This document shows positions 33,321 to 42,153 of a stretch of 64,000 nucleotides of DNA, piece after piece. The stretch's first letter is position 1; every line of letters begins with the position of its first letter. A model generated the notes under the pieces. The model searched no databases. It saw only the letters and a list, made by a program, of their open reading frames with translations, and was not told the origin of the DNA. A program made the translations under genes and the position numbers. The stretch covers positions 17,552 through 81,551 of the forward strand of contig JAKLIW010000001.1 in NCBI GenBank assembly GCA_022709425.1, read 5' to 3'. The stretch comes from a bacterium (GTDB lineage Bacteria > UBP6 > UBA1177 > JAKLFG01).

Positions 33321-34388
33321 TTATCCCTTCGTCTCACACTGCTGTTCGAGCCGGTAGAGCATTTTCTTGAGCTCACGCTCATCCTTATCCACCAGCGACA
33401 TATACTTCGTGATCTTTTCCCTGAGCGTCGCGACCCCCTGCTCACCCGCCGTGGTGATGAGGGCATTGAGAAGCCGCTTCCACACCTCATCGATGTAGAG
33501 ATGATAGTGTTCGAAGCGGTACTGAAGGGGTATGTATTTGCGGTCGTCGAGGATGTCCATCCAATTGACCGACAGCGTATCCTGCGAGAACTGTACCTTG
33601 CGATAGAGCGGATCGTACTTCTCGCGCAACTGGTCGAACATCTCCTTGAGCAGTTTTTCCACCTGCTGCGGCGTCGCCTTGTCAAGGAGCATCTGCAGGA
33701 TAAAGTCGAAGATATCGAAATAACCGAGCAGGAGATTGACCACGATGTCCTTCTGCTGCGCCACGACGATGTCGTTGATGCCGTCGGCCGAACCCTTGCC
33801 GCGGAAATCGCGCGCCGTGAGGACCGGCGTCAGCTTCGGCAGCAACTCGACATAGCGGGCGAAGACCGACTGATCGTTCTCGTAGGCGTAGGACTTGGTA
33901 TCGGGGTGGTAGTAGAGGAAATAGCGGAAACGGCCGCGATCGAAAAAGGCCATGTTCCAGACCATCCCCTGCTGGAAGCCGGCCATACCGGAAAAACTCT
34001 CGTCAACGAAGGTGCCCATGAACTTCGAGACATCGGTGTAGGCAAGCGGCGCATGCAGGATGCAGGCCGAAGCAAAGAAACGATAGATGCTGTCGAGTAT
34101 CGTCGATTCCTCGACCACATTGGCGTAAACATCGATGTTGTCGTTCTCTATGAGGTGGCGGAACGATATCGGCTGGAGCATACCGCCGTTGCCCGGCACC
34201 TGGAACGCGAGCGCCCCCAGCATTTTGTTGTTCTTGAAGAACAGATACCCGACCGTTCCCTGACCCGCGCAGAACAGATAGCCCGAGAGGTCTTTCTCGT
34301 AACGGAACAGATCATTCAGGACCGAAAAGAGGTATCTTCCCGGAAGTTTCTGAATATACAGCACATTTCTATCGAATGGAATAAGCAT
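33321..34388 (-). CDS. hypothetical cytoplasmic protein (possibly DUF4388/roadblock-like regulator)
   Basis: 355 aa with no TM or catalytic motifs. The N-terminal GYLFCAGQGTVGYLFFKNNKMLGALAF pattern is reminiscent of DUF4388, and that resemblance is the only evidence. Confidence 0.3.
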   Translation of the reverse strand: MLIPFDRNVLYIQKLPGRYLFSVLNDLFRYEKDLSGYLFCAGQGTVGYLFFKNNKMLGALAFQVPGNGGMLQPISFRHLIENDNIDVYANVVEESTILDSIYRFFASACILHAPLAYTDVSKFMGTFVDESFSGMAGFQQGMVWNMAFFDRGRFRYFLYYHPDTKSYAYENDQSVFARYVELLPKLTPVLTARDFRGKGSADGINDIVVAQQKDIVVNLLLGYFDIFDFILQMLLDKATPQQVEKLLKEMFDQLREKYDPLYRKVQFSQDTLSVNWMDILDDRKYIPLQYRFEHYHLYIDEVWKRLLNALITTAGEQGVATLREKITKYMSLVDKDERELKKMLYRLEQQCETKG

Positions 34389-34455
34389 AACACCTCACAG
34401 CACAATATAGGCCCTCTTTTATACTAAATTCGTGCGCCTTTGTAAAATTAATTGT

Positions 34456-35796
34456 TCATGCGCGCGAGGGGAAATTGTCGCGCATCCATTTCTCGTCCTG
34501 AAGGTTCGCCACGGCATAGAGCGGCAGAACAATGATGCGATCATATTGCCCCGCCGGTTCACCGGCAACGCGGAATCCCCGCTGCAGGCCGCGTTCGTCA
34601 AGGAACCGGTAAAGGCTCTGCATCTTGCCGCGCGAACCGCTCTTGACCTCTATCGGCACGATCTGTCGCTCGTAAGTGGTCACATAGTCGAGTTCAGCAT
34701 TGCTCGCAGCCGCTTCCCGATGCCAATAATACAGATCCGACGGTCCCTCGGGCGGCGATGCCTTCATCAATTCGAGCCCCACGAACTGTTCGGCGAGGCT
34801 GCCGCGATTGACCAGCTCCTCGAAGGGCGTCGTCACGACCTCGGCGGTCTTCATGCCCAGTAGCCGCATCGTGAGTCCGGTATCGAAAACAATGACCTTG
34901 AAACGCCTCGGGCGGATCTGCGCGCCAAGCGGCACGCCACGCGCATCGCTATGGATCACGGGATAAGCGATCCCCGCCTTGATCAGCAACTCGAGCGAGT
35001 CTTTTATAAGCGTCGAACTTTCGTCGGATACGGCGCTGTATTTGAATTTCGAGCCCGACTGCATCGCGATGGAGCGGAACACTTCGGTGAGCCGACGGGT
35101 GGGAGCGCGTTTCCGGTATTTTGCGAAGTCGTTCGTCAGCGACAGAAGAAGAGCGTTCTGTACCCGAACCGCCGCCGCGACATCGTTGGTCCCGGCGAAG
35201 GTGGCGACAACCTCCGGCATTCCGCCGGTCATGATGAAATAGCGCATCAGCTCCATCAACTTGTCGTGGAACGGTCCGTCGAGCGGTTTGTCGGGGGTCA
35301 TCTCCTTGATGAGCGATACCAGCCTGCCGGCCTTGGTCGCCTCGAGAAATTCGAAGAACGAGAGCGGATACATGTACAGGAACTCGATCCGACCGACGCC
35401 GAACGACGACAATTCTTCCAGCGCGAACTCAAGCAACGACCCGGCGGCGATAACATGCAGGCCGGGCATCTCTTCGTAAAAATAGCGCAAGGAATGGAGG
35501 GCGTCGGGGCACGCCTGTATCTCGTCGAGAAAAAGAAGCGTCTCTCCCGGCGTGACGGACATGTTGAAATACGACGAAAGTTTTCTGACGAGTTCCTGCG
35601 GTTCCCTGTCCTCTTCAAAAAAGGTCCGCACCTTCGGCATCAGTTCGAAGTTGACCTCGATGTAAGAAGGGAACTGCTTGGCCAACTCCCGCACCGAATA
35701 GGTCTTGCCGACCTGCCGGGCGCCACGGAGCAACAGCGACTTTCGATATGGTTTGTTTTTCCATGCCGTAAGGCGTTCGTCGACGTGTCTTTTCAT
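34456..35796 (-). CDS. AAA-family ATPase (AAA_14 + DUF4143 architecture)
   Basis: Walker A LLLRGARQVGKTYSV and Walker B LLFLDEIQ. Size 446 aa and C-terminal region typical of DUF4143 ATPases. Confidence 0.7.
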   Translation of the reverse strand: MKRHVDERLTAWKNKPYRKSLLLRGARQVGKTYSVRELAKQFPSYIEVNFELMPKVRTFFEEDREPQELVRKLSSYFNMSVTPGETLLFLDEIQACPDALHSLRYFYEEMPGLHVIAAGSLLEFALEELSSFGVGRIEFLYMYPLSFFEFLEATKAGRLVSLIKEMTPDKPLDGPFHDKLMELMRYFIMTGGMPEVVATFAGTNDVAAAVRVQNALLLSLTNDFAKYRKRAPTRRLTEVFRSIAMQSGSKFKYSAVSDESSTLIKDSLELLIKAGIAYPVIHSDARGVPLGAQIRPRRFKVIVFDTGLTMRLLGMKTAEVVTTPFEELVNRGSLAEQFVGLELMKASPPEGPSDLYYWHREAAASNAELDYVTTYERQIVPIEVKSGSRGKMQSLYRFLDERGLQRGFRVAGEPAGQYDRIIVLPLYAVANLQDEKWMRDNFPSRA

Positions 35797-35844
35797 GGTT
35801 TTTCTAACCTCCTGTTCTCAAAGGCATTGTAAGACATTTTCTAT

Positions 35845-35930
35845 AAAAATCAAGGCTAACAATGACTATTTTTTGCGAAATATCAAGGCTAACAAGAGCC
35901 ATTTATCACGAAAAATAAAGGCTAACGACC
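35845..35930. repeat. three tandem ~33-bp imperfect direct repeats (core A(T/A)CAAGGCTAAC(A/G)A) in an AT-rich intergenic island
   Basis: aaaaatCAAGGCTAACAAtg... / aaatatCAAGGCTAACAAga... / aaaaataAAGGCTAACGAcc..., each unit ending in CG. The local AT content contrasts with the genome GC. Confidence 0.6.
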
Positions 35931-35954
35931 AAATTTCTATGCGCGAGGAACGGG

Positions 35955-36887
35955 TCAGAAGACCAGAGAACACCCGCAACCGCCGTCCTTCGGCTTCACC
36001 GTGTCGGCGTCGGACGTGACATTATCAATTAAAGAGTCATCGGTTATTGTTGAATCTTCGTCTGTCTCGGCGACCTCTTCGCATATGCCGGTATCCTCAT
36101 TGCATACGAAGCCGTCAGGACAGCCAAAAGCCACACAATCGTCCGAGAAAATCTCGCCACCACAATCCCTTTGTGAGGGCTCGTAGCATTCTGCCTTCGT
36201 CAGACAGACACCCTTATGCAGTCGGAGTGGAACGTTCCTGTTAGTACGATACCATGTATTTTCGTCGCTCCCCGCCTCTTTGATGATTGCCGAGTTGGAA
36301 ATGATGCGGTTCGCAGGGATGCCCTCTTTCGGTATCACCATGAAGCGGATCAGCAGACTATCCGCACAAAACCAAGTTGACTGATCACAGTATTCCATGT
36401 AATCGGCTACCTTATATCCTTCGCCCGCGAGAGGAAAAGTATAGTTCATCCCATCAGGTATCGGTTGCCATACACGATATACATTGACATTGTAGTTGTC
36501 TACATCGGTCGCTATCTCGGTCGTGCCGGGCACATACTCAAGGGCATCATCCAGTTCGTCAACAAGAGTAACATTGTATGCGATATCCCAACCCCAATTC
36601 TGGAGCTTAACAAGAAAATACATCGCTCGACCTTCGCACCATGCATCGGCAGGATCAGTGTTGGTTCGACAGGAACAGGATATTTTCTCGCGACCATCAG
36701 GCCAAGCGGTTGCGTTTTCGGGAATGTCGAAATTCACACCGAAGTCGACGATCATATCTTCGTCGTTCAGAAGCGCATCTTCGTCCGCCGCTCCGGCGAC
36801 CACCACCGGCAGGAGGACCGCCGCAAAAAGTACCGAGAACAACGCTTTGCCGGACATGCCCCACTCCCCTTTGAAAAGATAGCGCAT
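35955..36887 (-). CDS. secreted Cys-rich protein ending in C-terminal GCGCSLVF tag (310 aa)
   Basis: Signal peptide (ALFSVLFAAVLLPVVVAGAAD), 16 Cys, an acidic Asp/Thr linker, then ...TVKPKDGGCGCSLVF immediately followed by the stop codon. Confidence 0.6.
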   Translation of the reverse strand: MRYLFKGEWGMSGKALFSVLFAAVLLPVVVAGAADEDALLNDEDMIVDFGVNFDIPENATAWPDGREKISCSCRTNTDPADAWCEGRAMYFLVKLQNWGWDIAYNVTLVDELDDALEYVPGTTEIATDVDNYNVNVYRVWQPIPDGMNYTFPLAGEGYKVADYMEYCDQSTWFCADSLLIRFMVIPKEGIPANRIISNSAIIKEAGSDENTWYRTNRNVPLRLHKGVCLTKAECYEPSQRDCGGEIFSDDCVAFGCPDGFVCNEDTGICEEVAETDEDSTITDDSLIDNVTSDADTVKPKDGGCGCSLVF

Positions 36888-37012
36888 GATAGCACAACGG
36901 CTCCTCTTGTCAAAGGGAAAAATGCCCCTTTTCAGAAAAATTTGCGGCGGCCGATTCCTTTTGTTAGGATGCCCCCGTGGTCGATCACTAACAGTTCAGA
37001 TAGGAGTCACTC

Positions 37013-39070
37013 ATGATCAGTCGCCAGATGTTGGAACCCAAGAGCATCGTCGTCGTCGGCGCCTCGAACGAACTGGCCAAGCCGGGTGGCAAGGTGCTCA
37101 AGAACCTCAAGGACGCCGGGTTCAAAGGCCCGATCTACGCCGTGAACCCGAAAGAGAAGGAGATACAGGGGATCGCGTGCCACGCCACGGTCGCCGATCT
37201 GCCGCAGGTCGATATGGCCATCATCGCGGTCGCCGCGAAGTTCTGCCTCGAAACGGTCACCATCCTCGCCGACCAGAAAGGGACCAAGGCCTTCATCATC
37301 CTCTCGGCCGGATTTTCGGAAGAGAGCGAGGCGGGCCGCGAACTGGAAAAAGCGATCGTCAAGAAGATCGAGTCGGTCGGCGGGTCGCTGGTCGGCCCCA
37401 ACTGCATCGGCGCGCTGACCACCCACTACGCCGGCGTCTTCACCACCCCCATCCCGCGGCTCGACCCGTTCGGCTGCGACCTCATCTCCGGCTCGGGCGC
37501 GACGGCGGTCTTCATCATGGAAGCGTCCATGCCCAAGGGGCTGTCGTTCTCCAGCATCTGGTCGGTCGGCAATTCGGCGCAACTCGGCGTCGAAGAGGTG
37601 CTCGCCCACCTCGACGAATCGTTCGACCCGAAGACGAGTTCCCGCGTGAAACTCCTCTATATCGAGAATGTGAAGAAGCCCGATATGCTTCTCAAGCACG
37701 CCCAGAGCCTCATCCGCAAAGGGTGCCGCATCGCCGCGATAAAGTCGGGTTCGTCCGAGGCGGGCAGCCGCGCCGCATCGTCCCACACCGGCGCGCTGGC
37801 CTCCCCCGACGCCGCCGTCTCGGCGCTCTTCCGCAAGGCGGGGATCGTCCGTTGCGCGGGGCGCGAGGAGCTGGTCGCGGTCGCGTCGGTCTTCATGCAC
37901 AAGGAACTGCAGGGGAAAAACATCGCCATCATCACCCACGCCGGCGGCCCCGCGGTCATGCTCACCGATTCGCTTTCCAATAACGGGCTTGAGGTGCCGC
38001 ATCTGGAAGGCGACGCGGCCAAGGATCTGCTCGCGAAACTGTTCCCCGGTTCGTCGGTCGGCAACCCGATAGACTTCCTCGCCACCGGCAGCGCCCAGCA
38101 ACTGGGCGAGATCATCGACGCCTGCGAAACCAAATTCAGCAACATCGACGGCATGGTGGTCATATTCGGGTCGCCCGGTCTCTTCCCGGTCTATGACGCC
38201 TACCGCGTGCTCGACGAGAAGATGAAAACCTGCAAAAAGCCCATCTTCCCGGTCCTTCCCAGCATCATCAACGCCGCCGACGAGGTGAAGGAGTTCCTGT
38301 CGAAAGGGCGCATCAACTTCCCCGACGAGGTGGTGCTCGGCAACGCCATCGCCAAGACGCTCCACACCGCCAAGCCGGCCCCCGCGAAGATAGAACTGCC
38401 CAAGATAGACACCGCCAAGATACGCACCGTCATCGCCGAAGCGAAGGAGGGCTACCTCGAACCGGCCGCCGTCCAGACACTGCTTGACGCCGCCGGCATC
38501 CCGCGCGCCGGAGAGGCGGTGGTCGCCAAGAAGGCAGACGCCGTCGCCGCCGCGAAGAAATTGGGCTATCCCGTCGTCATGAAGGTGGTCGGGCCGGTCC
38601 ACAAATCGGATGTGGGCGGGGTCGTGCTCGGCGTGAAGGATGACGCAACGGTCGAGAAGGAATTCGACCGGATGATGAAGATAAAGGAGACCACCGCCAT
38701 CCTCCTCCAGCCGATGCTGTCGGGCATCGAACTGTTCGCCGGGGCGAAGTTCGAGGAGAAGTTCGGGCACATGGTGCTGTGCGGACTGGGCGGCATCTTC
38801 ATCGAGGTGCTGAAGGATGTCAATTCGGGACTCGCGCCACTCACCAAGGACGAATCGCTCGCGATGATCCGGTCGCTCAAGGGCTACAAGATACTGAAGG
38901 GTGCCCGCGGCCAGCAGGCGGTGAGTGAAGAAAAACTCGCCGATGTGGTCGTCCGCCTCTCGGCGCTCGTCACCGCCGCTCCTGAAATATTCGAGATGGA
39001 CCTCAACCCGCTGCTGGGCAAAGGCGATCAGGTCGTCGCGGTCGACGCCCGCATCAGGATCGTGAAATAG
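37013..39070 (+). CDS. acetate--CoA ligase (ADP-forming) / NDP-forming acyl-CoA synthetase, fused alpha-beta
   Basis: N-terminal CoA-binding Rossmann (KSIVVVGASNELAKPGG), ligase-CoA domain, and C-terminal ATP-grasp (GYPVVMKVVGPVHKSDVGGV). 685 aa, with a good RBS (AGGAGTCACTCATG). Confidence 0.8.
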   Translation: MISRQMLEPKSIVVVGASNELAKPGGKVLKNLKDAGFKGPIYAVNPKEKEIQGIACHATVADLPQVDMAIIAVAAKFCLETVTILADQKGTKAFIILSAGFSEESEAGRELEKAIVKKIESVGGSLVGPNCIGALTTHYAGVFTTPIPRLDPFGCDLISGSGATAVFIMEASMPKGLSFSSIWSVGNSAQLGVEEVLAHLDESFDPKTSSRVKLLYIENVKKPDMLLKHAQSLIRKGCRIAAIKSGSSEAGSRAASSHTGALASPDAAVSALFRKAGIVRCAGREELVAVASVFMHKELQGKNIAIITHAGGPAVMLTDSLSNNGLEVPHLEGDAAKDLLAKLFPGSSVGNPIDFLATGSAQQLGEIIDACETKFSNIDGMVVIFGSPGLFPVYDAYRVLDEKMKTCKKPIFPVLPSIINAADEVKEFLSKGRINFPDEVVLGNAIAKTLHTAKPAPAKIELPKIDTAKIRTVIAEAKEGYLEPAAVQTLLDAAGIPRAGEAVVAKKADAVAAAKKLGYPVVMKVVGPVHKSDVGGVVLGVKDDATVEKEFDRMMKIKETTAILLQPMLSGIELFAGAKFEEKFGHMVLCGLGGIFIEVLKDVNSGLAPLTKDESLAMIRSLKGYKILKGARGQQAVSEEKLADVVVRLSALVTAAPEIFEMDLNPLLGKGDQVVAVDARIRIVK

Positions 39071-39610
39071 TTATCGCCTCTTCGGCAGACTCATGGTGGG
39101 TATCGGATCACCCGCCAACACTTCGTCCACATCGGGCAGTTCGACATCAGGCACTGCGTCGCCGGTCAGTATATCATCGTAATCAGGAACAATGACCTCG
39201 TCGGGTATCGGCGCACCACCAAGCTGTTCATCATAGTCCGACATCAGCGTATCGTCGGGTAGCGGCACATCGGGTATCGGCTCGCCACCCAACTCATCGT
39301 CGGCATCGGGCACCGCCGCATCATCAATCGGGAAATCGGGATCGGTCACCCCCTGCAGATCGGAGTAGTCGGGCTGATTCGTGTCGGGCTGATCAGTTGT
39401 ATCGACCGCGATCGAATCATCATCGGCCACCTGCACGCCGGTCGTTTCCACTTTATTCGTACAGCCGAATCCGCTGAAGAAGAAGAGGAACCCCACCACG
39501 AGGAAAAGGAACTTCAGCGGCCGCGCCTCAAGCCGCCCCGGACGGCGCCGTCCCACCGGATAACCGGGGTCGTAGCCGGTCACTTTGCGCACTTGGAAGT
39601 TCGTGTTCAT
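39071..39610 (-). CDS. membrane-anchored acidic tandem-repeat protein (DYD/PIPD repeats)
   Basis: Basic N-terminus, then a TM/lipobox-like FLFLVVGFLFFFSGFGC. After that come repeats such as LGGEPIPDVPLPDD / LGGAPIPDEVIVPDYDD / LTGDAVPDVELPDVDE / LAGDPIP. Confidence 0.5.
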   Translation of the reverse strand: MNTNFQVRKVTGYDPGYPVGRRRPGRLEARPLKFLFLVVGFLFFFSGFGCTNKVETTGVQVADDDSIAVDTTDQPDTNQPDYSDLQGVTDPDFPIDDAAVPDADDELGGEPIPDVPLPDDTLMSDYDEQLGGAPIPDEVIVPDYDDILTGDAVPDVELPDVDEVLAGDPIPTMSLPKRR

Positions 39611-39619
39611 GGCCTCACC

Positions 39620-40750
39620 TCACACAATGTCTATCGGTTCTATTTCCTTCTTATAATGCTTCCGCATGAAGACCGGGTTCTTTTCGGCGATGAGTTCGCG
39701 CGCCAGCCGGTCGGCTATCGGGATGAGCATCGATTCGTTGGCGCACAGCACACCCGGCACGGTGGTCATCTCGCCGGTCGTGTCCCAGTTGAGGCACGGG
39801 CAGTAGGTGAAGCACCGGCCGTCGAGCGAACAGCCCTGACAGTTGGTGCGCGGCTTCAGGTTCTCGGCCGCGATCTCGTGGCATTTCTTCATGATGAAGC
39901 CGGTGTCGACATGGCCCATCACGAACCCCGCCGCCCGCTCCGGCTTCCCGGCGAACCGGACGCACGGGAATATCCGGCCATCCTCGGCCACCGCGAAGAT
40001 GTTGCGCCCCACATCGCAGAAATCGCCGGGGCGGAAGCCGCCTTTGATATGCGCCGCGATATGAGCGTCGAAGAGCGAGTAGTAGAACAGATCCTTTTTG
40101 CGGGTCCGCGACCGTTCCAGATACCACTCGGCCAGTTTCTCGTACTGTTCTTTTAAGGTATAGAGCCCCGCCTCGTCCCACTTCGCGGTGTAGTCGACCA
40201 CCGGGACGAAGTTGCGGATGCCGAGGTCGTCCATGACATGGAGCGTCGAATCGTAGAGCCGATGCGCCGTCGCGGGAGAGACGACCGCCACCGCGACGAG
40301 GTGTTTCGCTTTTTTGTAGAGCGTCGGCAGGTGTTTGACGACGGCAGCGTAACTGCCGTGTCCGTCGTTGAAGGGGCGGTTCGCGTCCTGTGCCGCCGGG
40401 ACGCCATCGAGCGACAGTTCGACCGTCAGTTTCTTCTTCGCGATCCAGTCGATGATCTCGGGGGTGATGAGGGTCCCGTTGGTGGCGACATGGAGTTTGA
40501 GCGCGACGCCGAGTTTCTTCGCCTTCTTTTCGGCGTAGTCGGTCACTTCGCGCATGACATCGAACCGCAAGAACGGTTCGCCGCCGAAGAAGCTGATGCG
40601 CGCTTTCTTCTCCTCCACCGACTTCTCCAGAACGAGGTCGGCCGCCTTGAGCGCAACTTCTATAGGCATATGAGACTTCTCATGTTTCTCGACATAGCAG
40701 TAGGAGCATTTCAGGGTGCATTGGCGGGTCAGGAACAGGATCGCATGCAT
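39620..40750 (-). CDS. radical SAM / SPASM-domain peptide-modifying enzyme
   Basis: CxxxCxxC (RQCTLKCSYCYV) and a glycine-rich SAM motif (FFGGEPF). C-terminal auxiliary-cluster Cys pattern CQGCSLDGRCFTYCPCLNW...GVLCA (SPASM/twitch). Confidence 0.8.
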   Translation of the reverse strand: MHAILFLTRQCTLKCSYCYVEKHEKSHMPIEVALKAADLVLEKSVEEKKARISFFGGEPFLRFDVMREVTDYAEKKAKKLGVALKLHVATNGTLITPEIIDWIAKKKLTVELSLDGVPAAQDANRPFNDGHGSYAAVVKHLPTLYKKAKHLVAVAVVSPATAHRLYDSTLHVMDDLGIRNFVPVVDYTAKWDEAGLYTLKEQYEKLAEWYLERSRTRKKDLFYYSLFDAHIAAHIKGGFRPGDFCDVGRNIFAVAEDGRIFPCVRFAGKPERAAGFVMGHVDTGFIMKKCHEIAAENLKPRTNCQGCSLDGRCFTYCPCLNWDTTGEMTTVPGVLCANESMLIPIADRLARELIAEKNPVFMRKHYKKEIEPIDIV

Positions 40751-40817
40751 GGCTCACTCCAGCAAAGACGCCCCTTTAGTATAAGGAAAGGAAACCTTTT
40801 ATCAAAGAAATTAAACC

Positions 40818-42089
40818 CTATTCCTGTGACGGGTCTTCGACCTTGCCCATGAACAGGATGGTGCCCGAACGGTCGTCGCGAATGACGAACACGAAGGGTT
40901 TGGTAGCGTAGAAACCTTCCGGCACCGATGTTTCGCCCACCTCGACCGATGTGACCGCCGCCGCCTCGGTCCCCTGCTCGTTGACCTCGATGTAGGTCTT
41001 GTGCTTCACCTCGGAGACATAAAGCCCTTCGCCCTGATCGGCCATGTTCAGAAGGCCGCCCGGCGCGAAAAGCTGTTCCATGCCGAGCGCCTGAAGTATC
41101 TCGTTGAGCGACTTCTCGTAGGCGAACTTGAAGCGCGGCAGAAGCACCGGCACCTCTTCGGTGGCGACGAGGTTGGTGAAGAACCCGTCGAGCCCTTCGT
41201 CGGCCATCCGCCCGATGAAGTCGTCCACCGTCCCGTCGTTCGGGATGAAGCCGTAGAAGGCGAACTTGTCGCGGCCGTAGGGAAGCCGCACCGCGCTGTA
41301 GCCGCCCGCGGCGCCGTAACCGCTGGAGAAGAATTTGAACTCCTGCGCCTCTTTGAAGGTCATCATCTTGACCGTCTTCTGCGTGCCGTCGGTCAGTTCG
41401 AACTGGCCGTCGTAGGTGCGATCCTCGTCGAAGGTGACGGTCCACGCCGCCTTGAAATAGAGGGCGTTGATGAGGAACATGACGGTGTCGTCGTTGATAT
41501 CGTCGATGATCTTCTCTATCTTGCCGTTGGTGTTGTCGCTCACCCACTGATTGATGAGGTCCACGGTAGCGGTGTCGGCCATGTCGACCGTGTAGGGTTC
41601 CGCCTCGAAAGAGGCAAGGAGCGCCTCCTTGAAGGCCGTCTTGACGCGCGGTTCGAACAGGTCGTCCATCCAGATCGAGTTGGCGATGGCGAGCACCATG
41701 TCCTTGTCGGCCGATTCAAGGCTCTTGATGAGGTGGAGGAACTGCGCGTCGATCGCGGCGAGCGTCAGGTCATCGAACCCGAGCACCGTCTGCATCTCGG
41801 TCAGATTGTCGCCCGAGGCACCGTTCATCGTCATCGCGAGCGCCAGCTCTATCGACAGCGGCGATATCATGAGGTTCTTCCCCTGTTCGGCGGTCGCCAT
41901 GACCTCGAAGATGCGCGCCGCGAAGTCGTTGTTGGCGGCGACCACAGCGGGACTCACCGCCGCCGCGTGTTCGTCGGCCGCCTGATATTTCACCGTGGTC
42001 GCGGGATCTTCCTTCTGGTCATCACCACCGCAGGAAACGAAAAGGCCAAGCATTCCGAATAATACCGTGAGAACGAGAAACCGTTTCAT
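40818..42089 (-). CDS. serpin-family serine protease inhibitor, lipoprotein
   Basis: Lipobox LGLFVSCGGDDQ. Serpin hinge/RCL and C-terminal signature (...EEGTEAAAVTSVEVGETSVPEG...FVFVIRDDRSGTILFMGKVEDP). Confidence 0.75.
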   Translation of the reverse strand: MKRFLVLTVLFGMLGLFVSCGGDDQKEDPATTVKYQAADEHAAAVSPAVVAANNDFAARIFEVMATAEQGKNLMISPLSIELALAMTMNGASGDNLTEMQTVLGFDDLTLAAIDAQFLHLIKSLESADKDMVLAIANSIWMDDLFEPRVKTAFKEALLASFEAEPYTVDMADTATVDLINQWVSDNTNGKIEKIIDDINDDTVMFLINALYFKAAWTVTFDEDRTYDGQFELTDGTQKTVKMMTFKEAQEFKFFSSGYGAAGGYSAVRLPYGRDKFAFYGFIPNDGTVDDFIGRMADEGLDGFFTNLVATEEVPVLLPRFKFAYEKSLNEILQALGMEQLFAPGGLLNMADQGEGLYVSEVKHKTYIEVNEQGTEAAAVTSVEVGETSVPEGFYATKPFVFVIRDDRSGTILFMGKVEDPSQE

Positions 42090-42153
42090 AGCATCCTCCA
42101 TCGAACAGGTCCGGCCCTTTAGTATAAGGAAAGGGACTCTTTTATTGAAAAAC

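Noticed and set aside
34456-36887. Possible mobile element or genomic island (AT-rich gap, DUF4143 ATPase, tandem repeats)
   Set aside because: No integrase, transposase, terminal inverted repeats, or tRNA-adjacent attachment site could be identified in the window. The possibility is kept only as a low-weight note under the tandem-repeat finding.
37007-38770. 587-aa minus-strand ORF overlapping the ADP-forming acetyl-CoA synthetase gene
   Set aside because: The plus-strand product has textbook CoA-binding and ATP-grasp motifs. The antisense ORF is Gly/Arg/Asp-rich low complexity with no recognisable domain.
39068-39073. Convergent acetyl-CoA synthetase and acidic-repeat genes whose stop codons abut with no intergenic space (TAG at 39068-39070, TAA complement at 39071-39073)
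   Set aside because: This is unusual because it leaves no room for terminators, but both reading frames are well supported. It is not interesting on its own beyond implying transcriptional collision or read-through.
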